The position numbers and the translations under genes were made by a program. A stretch of DNA of 32,000 bases, from the NCBI RefSeq assembly GCF_009831105.1, contig NZ_WUUQ01000004.1, positions 59,701 through 91,700 of the forward strand, written 5' to 3'. The notes under the pieces were generated by a model, which was not told the DNA's origin, made no database searches, and saw only the letters and a list, made by a program, of their open reading frames with translations. Source of the DNA: Copranaerobaculum intestinale. Its GTDB lineage: Bacteria > Bacillota_I > Bacilli_A > Erysipelotrichales > Erysipelotrichaceae. Below are positions 26,966 to 32,000 of this stretch, piece by piece. Position 1 is the first letter of the stretch. The number at the start of each line of letters is the position of its first letter.

Positions 26966-27928
26966 ATGAAGTTTTTTCACACCTGCAAGGTGAAAACAAA
27001 TGAGGAAGCAGTGATCCCCAACAACTTGCGTTATCAGCAGCTGGTGGGAAAAGTAGCTGCCGCCGATGCGCTGACTTCGGTTCGGGCGGCACATATTATG
27101 CTGGCTGGTGAATCGGCAGTGAATTCCATTACCCGCCGTCAGTCCTTGGAGAATTTTCAGATCCCGATGAAGCGTACAATGATGGGTTTATATATGATCG
27201 AAGTATTGGTCAATCATCAGAAACTTCAGTTTGTGTTGGATACCGGTGCTCAGGTCAGTGGGATTTGTGAACATGCCGCACGTAAGCTGGGCTTGGATTC
27301 CACATCAGGAAAAATGCGTATCAGCAGCGTTGGCGGTCAGGAGAAAGCGATGCGGGGCTGGATTGCAGGAAGCCTGCAGGTCGGAGCCTTGGAGTTGTTT
27401 CAATACCCCATGATTACGATTGAAAAATTAAAGCTTCCGATGATTCGTATGGACGGTATCATCGGATGGGATATCCTTTCCACGCTAGATTTTGAAATGG
27501 ATGATATCAGTAAGCTGTTTATCGTTATGAAAAATAGATATCGGTTTGATTACTGTAACCTGATCAAGGGGATGTTTCCAATCATGATTCTGTTGGATGA
27601 AAACAGTGATATGCATTTGTTTGGAATGGACAGCGGAGCCACTGTCAGCTGGCTGAACGAAGCATCAGCGCTGGAGGCGAAGCGGAAGGTTGTAAATGAG
27701 ATCACCGCTGTAGGGATTGGTGTCCACGGGGCAGAACAGCTTAACCTGAAAGTGTTTGAAGGCTGTGAATATCGCTTATTTAAAGCAAAAATTAAAATTA
27801 CAAACATCAATACCGGACGCACAGATGTTTTGCCGGGACTGCAGCTGGACGGGGTGCTGGGAAATGAGATCTTCCGCAATCGACGCATCCGCTTCATTAA
27901 CAGCAAAGGCATGGTACTGCTGGCATAA
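26966..27928 (+). CDS. Two-domain retropepsin-like aspartic protease
   Basis: Two clan-AA signatures, FVLDTGAQVSG and FGMDSGATVSW, each followed by a ...DG(I/V)(I/L)G... flap/dimer-like motif. SD GAGGTGA; the start could be 26960 or 26966. Confidence 0.7.
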   Translation: MKFFHTCKVKTNEEAVIPNNLRYQQLVGKVAAADALTSVRAAHIMLAGESAVNSITRRQSLENFQIPMKRTMMGLYMIEVLVNHQKLQFVLDTGAQVSGICEHAARKLGLDSTSGKMRISSVGGQEKAMRGWIAGSLQVGALELFQYPMITIEKLKLPMIRMDGIIGWDILSTLDFEMDDISKLFIVMKNRYRFDYCNLIKGMFPIMILLDENSDMHLFGMDSGATVSWLNEASALEAKRKVVNEITAVGIGVHGAEQLNLKVFEGCEYRLFKAKIKITNINTGRTDVLPGLQLDGVLGNEIFRNRRIRFINSKGMVLLA

Positions 27929-27975
27929 AGCAGAAATTCATGATATAGTAATGGACGAAGAAAAGAGGATACGAT

Positions 27976-28410
27976 ATGATATTACATGGTAAATTTATAA
28001 TGGAAAATAGTGAGGTCATTCCATTTGAACTCTATCCGGATGAAGCGCCGATCACGGTTGAAAATTTCGTAAAGCTGATCAAGGACGGCTATTATAATGG
28101 TAAGACATTTCATCGGGTTATTCCGGGATTTGTTTCACAGGGCGGGTGCCCATATGGTGATGGTACAGGGGATCTGGGTTACACCATTCCCTGCGAGACA
28201 AATAATAACCCGCATCGTCATGTGCCGGGGGCGCTTTCAATGGCCCATCGCGGAAGGGATACTGGCTGCTGCCAATTCTTTATCGTTCATGAGCCCCAGC
28301 CGCATTTAGATGGTGTTCATACAGTATTCGGTCAGGTAACAGATAATATGAAAGCTGTAACATCCATGCATAACGGTGATGTTATGCAGAGTGTTGTCAT
28401 TGAGGATTAA
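27976..28410 (+). CDS. ppiB: Cyclophilin-type peptidyl-prolyl cis-trans isomerase
   Basis: [21 protein letters not shown] and SMAHRG...CQFFI motifs. 144 aa. Confidence 0.9.
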   Translation: MILHGKFIMENSEVIPFELYPDEAPITVENFVKLIKDGYYNGKTFHRVIPGFVSQGGCPYGDGTGDLGYTIPCETNNNPHRHVPGALSMAHRGRDTGCCQFFIVHEPQPHLDGVHTVFGQVTDNMKAVTSMHNGDVMQSVVIED

Positions 28411-28412
28411 GC

Positions 28413-28763
28413 ATGGATGATTTAAAAAGACTCGGATATCCGGTATTGATCATTTTTCTGTCAGCGCTCATTGTTAAGCTGATGGATCAGTATCTGGTGT
28501 TTCCCTATACGAGCATGTTGATTACGATTTTAGTAGCGGCCGCATTATTTTTGTTCGGTACTTCATTGAATAAGAGCCGCAAAAAACGAAATCAGTCTGC
28601 GTTCAAAAAAGTTATTGCGATTTTGATCATCGTTCTGCTTTTGCTGATGCAGTTGGAATATTTCCGTATTCCTTATGTTGATAAGGTGTTTGATCTATTT
28701 GGCATCGGTGCATTCTTTATTAATATGATCTATATTTACTGCGGATATTTATTTGCGGATTAG
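28413..28763 (+). CDS. Hypothetical membrane protein (116 aa, 3-4 TM)
   Basis: Hydrophobic segments separated by a KSRKKRNQ loop. SD GAGGA. Followed by a terminator. Confidence 0.5.
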   Translation: MDDLKRLGYPVLIIFLSALIVKLMDQYLVFPYTSMLITILVAAALFLFGTSLNKSRKKRNQSAFKKVIAILIIVLLLLMQLEYFRIPYVDKVFDLFGIGAFFINMIYIYCGYLFAD

Positions 28764-28789
28764 AAACGCATTTCGGCGTTTCTTTTTTT
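28762..28789 (+). terminator. Intrinsic terminator
   Basis: Stem AGAAACGC / GCGTTTCT, 6-nt loop, then TTTTTT. Confidence 0.75.
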
Positions 28790-28817
28790 AGCCATACTAT
28801 TTGTATGAGGTGATGAT

Positions 28818-29138
28818 ATGTTTGCATTTGATTTAAGAAGGCAGCTTCGCGTCCGCGAGCTGCGTCGTTGTGATAAGATTGCGGATCAATTGTTTGTTGA
28901 TGTACGGAAAGTCTCAGATTATCAGCTTCGTCATCTTCCTAGTGCGGTATCACTGCCGCTGGACTTATTGGAGGATCACGCATCAGCGTTATTGGATCCG
29001 TCCAGGATTCTATATGTGTATGGCAGAAATCGAACCCAGGCGTTATTAGCGTGTGTGATTCTACAGGACTTGGGTTATCAGGCGGTAAGCATCGGAACCA
29101 TGAGAGCATGGCCGTATGACACGATCACAAGCTGGTAA
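28818..29138 (+). CDS. Rhodanese-homology domain protein lacking the catalytic cysteine
   Basis: VDVRKVSDYQLRHLPSAVSLP ... YVYGRNRTQA ... GTMRAW. The Gly sits where the rhodanese active-site loop has Cys (CRSGxRS). Confidence 0.7.
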   Translation: MFAFDLRRQLRVRELRRCDKIADQLFVDVRKVSDYQLRHLPSAVSLPLDLLEDHASALLDPSRILYVYGRNRTQALLACVILQDLGYQAVSIGTMRAWPYDTITSW

Positions 29139-29193
29139 TGTTGCATTTTTAAATGATTCCTGCTAGTATAAAAAAGCTGAGGGGTGTGAAGCT

Positions 29194-29550
29194 ATGTTAT
29201 CGTATAAAATTAAATGTCCCAACTGTGGTAAAGAATTTGATTATAGTCTTTTGAAATTTCAAAGTCGTCATGTTTGTGAAACGTGCAAAAAGAAAATTAT
29301 TGTGGAAACCCGCATGGTGACAATGCTGGTGCAGGCGGCTGTTTTCATACTGCTGGGGCAGCTGTATGTGCAGATTTTGCCTTCCATGGGAATTGAAAAT
29401 TCTTTTTTTACTTATGTCATCCTGTTCATTCTATTGTTTTTCCTGTTAGTGATCATGGATGAAATCTTGGTAAAACTGTTTGGTATTAACAGTATTTTCC
29501 GAGTGGATATGCTGATTCCGATAAACCATAAAAAAACCTCTGATCATTGA
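29194..29550 (+). CDS. Zinc-ribbon (CxxC...CxxC) membrane protein, hypothetical
   Basis: CPNCG...CETCK at the N-terminus followed by two TM segments. SD GAGGGG. Confidence 0.55.
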   Translation: MLSYKIKCPNCGKEFDYSLLKFQSRHVCETCKKKIIVETRMVTMLVQAAVFILLGQLYVQILPSMGIENSFFTYVILFILLFFLLVIMDEILVKLFGINSIFRVDMLIPINHKKTSDH

Positions 29551-30293
29551 TCACAGGTTTTTTTTATTTGCTGCCGCAGTACTTCAAATGAGAATATCGC
29601 TGCCGCTGCTGCCGCATTCAGCGCATTGCGGGCATCTCTGCCATAGGGAATGTAGATATTTTGATCTGCTGCAGCCCTCACAGCTTTAGATAGACCGCGC
29701 ATTTCTCCGCCAATCGCGATGCAAAGGCGACGGGGAAACTCGATATCGTATAAGGAACAGGCATTTTTTCGTTCTGCACAATAAAGCGGAATGTCCGCTT
29801 GTTTCAGCTGTCCCAAAATTTCTTCCGTATCTTCAGTGATGATCAGGGGTATCGCTTCGCTGGCACCGGCACTTGCGCGGGTTACTACATCCGCAGCGGT
29901 TGTCCAATTGCGCTTGGGCAGAATGACCGCATCTACGCCTGCCGCATAGAATGTCCGCAGCAGATAGCCAAAATTGAAAGGGTCTTCAATTCCTTCGATC
30001 ATTGCCAGATACACTGTATCTTTTGAAAGAAAATCATCCAGCGACTGAAAGGTACGCTCGCCGACCTTCGCAAGCATGCCGCCATGTGTGCGGCCGCTGG
30101 CCATTGCATCAATCTCAGCCCGACTTCGGTACACTATTTTAATACCGCGCTGGTTTGCTTCACGAAGGATATAGAACGTATCCTTATCTTTTTTTTCCGG
30201 ATCGACATAGATCGCTGAAACACTGCGAAAAGCATTTATGATTGCCGCCTTGACGGAAATATTTCCTTCCAGGATATATTCGTTATTTTCCAT
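29544..30293 (-). CDS. TrmH/SpoU-family RNA 2'-O-methyltransferase (RlmB-like)
   Basis: C-terminal SPOUT motifs IAIGGEMRGLS and IPYGRDARNALNAAAAAAI. The start is taken at MENNEY (30293, GGTGA 5 nt upstream); MKPVIL at 30311 is possible. The track ORF extends to 30461 through AT-rich non-coding-looking sequence. Confidence 0.8.
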   Translation of the reverse strand: MENNEYILEGNISVKAAIINAFRSVSAIYVDPEKKDKDTFYILREANQRGIKIVYRSRAEIDAMASGRTHGGMLAKVGERTFQSLDDFLSKDTVYLAMIEGIEDPFNFGYLLRTFYAAGVDAVILPKRNWTTAADVVTRASAGASEAIPLIITEDTEEILGQLKQADIPLYCAERKNACSLYDIEFPRRLCIAIGGEMRGLSKAVRAAADQNIYIPYGRDARNALNAAAAAAIFSFEVLRQQIKKTCDQ

Positions 30294-30708
30294 AAGTATC
30301 ACCGGTTTCATTATAAAGCATTTTAGATCATAAAAATATAAGAATATTCGGTTTTCATCAAGAATCATTTTCTTGTGATGAAAAAACTTGTTTTTGTGTG
30401 TATACCTTATCTTTATGGATGCTTGATAATGGTATTTACTATAAAATTGTATGGCGTACAAAAACCGTTTCCTTTTTCATTAAAATATTTCAGATAGTAA
30501 GAAATACTTTTAAGCCGCATATATAATATTATTAATTTCAATAAATTATATATGTCTTTTTGAGTATCTTTTTATATCTTCTTAAATGTCCGCAAAGCCT
30601 TATTTTATAGGCTCTACGGGCATTTTGCTTTTGTGGTAAACCTCACATATCTAGGTCTATCTTCTTATATTTTCGCTATCAAGCGTGGTTAAAATCGTGG
30701 TAAATACT

Positions 30709-31902
30709 TCATGCGATTAGACGCTGAACCTCTGATTTTGCGGTATCTATGGACGCATGAGCGTACCAGTTCATTGTGATACTGATATTTGAATGTCCCA
30801 TGATATACTGTAAATCTTTTGGGTTCATGTTCTTGCTTGCCAGTCTTGTGCAGAACGTATGGCGTAGCGTATGCGGTGTGATATGTGGCAAGGGATTGTC
30901 TTTGTGGTGCTTGTTGTATTTCTTTACCATACGGACAAATAAGGCGTTGTAATCAATCGCAACTTTTGGCTTGCCCTTATGATTGACAAATAGGAAATTG
31001 CCCCGTCCGTCTATCACAAATGGTTCTGCCTTTGGGCGTTTCTTCATAACCCGTTGAAATGCCTGTATCGTTTCTCTGCTTAATGGTACTTGCCTTATTC
31101 CGCTTTTCGTCTTAGGCGTTTCAATATAATAGCCCTGTTCCTTGCTCTTTAGTAACTGGTGGTCGATAATTACAACTTCATTCTTGAAATCAATATCAGC
31201 TACTGTCAGTCCGCACAGTTCCGAGATACGAAGTCCAGTCTTTAACAGTATCAGCACATCATCATAATGCTTGTGATACACATTGTCTGTCTTGATAAAT
31301 GAGAGTAAGGCTTGTTCCTGTTCCTCTGTCAATGCGACTTTCTCTTTGGTATCATTTTCTAGGACTTCACTTAACTTAAAATCAAAAGGGTTCTTCCTTA
31401 CACAATCGTCTTGTATGGCGATATAGAATGACGCTTTTAACGAGCGTTTATGGTTGTTAATGGTGTTATAGGAAAAGCCTTTATCTTTCATGCGTAACGC
31501 CCATTCCTTAGCGTCAGAGGGTTTTATCGTATCAATGCTCCTAGCACCCAACTTGTCCTCTTTCAATAACCGCATGAGTTGTTCCCGTTGTTTCTGTGTA
31601 CTTTTCTTCACATTTGCTCTCTGTGCGTTCTGTTTGGCATAAAGTTGGCAAAGTGTCATTTTCTTGCCTGTGCTGTCGATACCGTCCTCAATATCCCGTC
31701 TTATCTGCTGTTCCAGTTCACGAAGTGAGGGTTTTTCCCGTTTTTCCTTTGGTGTCGGGTCTGTGGGTGTCAATCTCCAAGCATACACATATTTTGTGTT
31801 TCCAAATGCGTCTACATATTTATATAAGTATTTTCCGTCTGTTCGTTGGCTCTCTCCAGTATGCAGGATACGACCTTTGTTATCCCGTCTTTTTTCTTTC
31901 AT
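30709..31902 (-). CDS. int: Tyrosine recombinase, Tn916-family integrase
   Basis: 397 aa. Long blocks match Tn916 Int as I recall it: KRRDN.GRIL.TGESQR.DG.YLYKY, KKMTLCQLYAKQNAQR, SLKASFYIAIQDDCVRKNPFDF, YYIETPKTKSG.RQVP, LPHITPH.LRHTFCT, LQYIMGH. The catalytic R..H.LRH..Y is present. Confidence 0.92.
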   Translation of the reverse strand: MKEKRRDNKGRILHTGESQRTDGKYLYKYVDAFGNTKYVYAWRLTPTDPTPKEKREKPSLRELEQQIRRDIEDGIDSTGKKMTLCQLYAKQNAQRANVKKSTQKQREQLMRLLKEDKLGARSIDTIKPSDAKEWALRMKDKGFSYNTINNHKRSLKASFYIAIQDDCVRKNPFDFKLSEVLENDTKEKVALTEEQEQALLSFIKTDNVYHKHYDDVLILLKTGLRISELCGLTVADIDFKNEVVIIDHQLLKSKEQGYYIETPKTKSGIRQVPLSRETIQAFQRVMKKRPKAEPFVIDGRGNFLFVNHKGKPKVAIDYNALFVRMVKKYNKHHKDNPLPHITPHTLRHTFCTRLASKNMNPKDLQYIMGHSNISITMNWYAHASIDTAKSEVQRLIA

Positions 31903-31980
31903 GGTGTCTGCTCCTTTCCTTGTTGGAAAGAGCCTTGATATGACTTGTGTTCATCATAACACATACAAGGCTCATTTGCA

Positions 31981-32000
31981 TTAGATTGCGTCCAATTTAT
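31981..32000 (-). CDS. xis: Excisionase (Xis-Tn916-like), last 6 codons only
   Basis: The minus strand reads ...K L D A I TAA, matching the ...DTLDAI end of Tn916 Xis as recalled, and lies 78 nt upstream of int. Only 20 nt are in the window. Confidence 0.35.

Larger units (their letters stand above)
30480..32000. mobile_element. int/xis end of a Tn916-family integrative conjugative element (continues past the window); left boundary approximate
   Basis: Tn916-type Int with the Xis C-terminus directly upstream, and arm-site-like repeats just beyond the int stop. In Tn916, int is the last gene before the element end. The boundary must lie between about 30465 and 30632. Confidence 0.6.

Noticed and set aside
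30294-30461. 56-codon N-terminal extension of the TrmH-family ORF given in the track.
   Set aside because: - The extension is AT-rich and Tyr/Lys/Phe-rich with no SD.
- TrmH/RlmB-type enzymes are about 240-250 aa, and homology-like sequence begins at MENNEYILEGNISVKAA.

Overview
Chromosomal segment from a low-GC Gram-positive bacterium (Bacillota; strong AGGAGG-type SD sequences, TGA used as a stop, Tn916-type integrase). No database search was possible, so all calls rest on motifs read by eye.

Gene content, left to right:
- NAD salvage (pncA 3' end, pncB) and a YjdF-like membrane protein
- MATE efflux pump; typA/bipA (minus strand)
- Lipoprotein peptidoglycan/polysaccharide deacetylase
- Coupled ATP-grasp / esterase / GNAT trio
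- A ~2.9 kb gene-poor island (10.48-13.28 kb)
- XRE-cupin regulator plus a potA-potB-potCD spermidine/putrescine ABC importer
- tRNA-Cys and tRNA-Leu
- GntR regulator plus a mannose-family PTS / nagA cluster
- Aminotransferase, AI-2E transporter, DUF4438-like protein
- Two-lobed retropepsin-like protease, cyclophilin, small membrane proteins, rhodanese-like protein, TrmH-family methyltransferase
- The int/xis end of a Tn916-like ICE

Most interesting signal: the gene-poor island holds three copies of a unit with the same layout. Two are 95% identical and one is diverged. Read on the minus strand, each is a -10-like box, a 5' hairpin, two unpaired UCCCCUUAA-type C-rich motifs, and an intrinsic terminator. 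In two of the three copies the terminator loop is also C-rich. This is the design of anti-Shine-Dalgarno sRNAs such as RsaE/RoxS and the multicopy LhrC family, so I propose an undescribed multicopy sRNA family. It is unproven.

Other notable points:
- PotA carries a ~180-aa insertion made of two Ig-like repeats.
- potC and potD are fused.
- A small TM ORF sits behind a perfect SD but has ACG where ATG is expected.
- The PTS cluster is decaying: in-frame TGA in IIC, 1-nt frameshift in IIB, no IIA.
- Candidate Tn916-type arm sites mark the ICE end.
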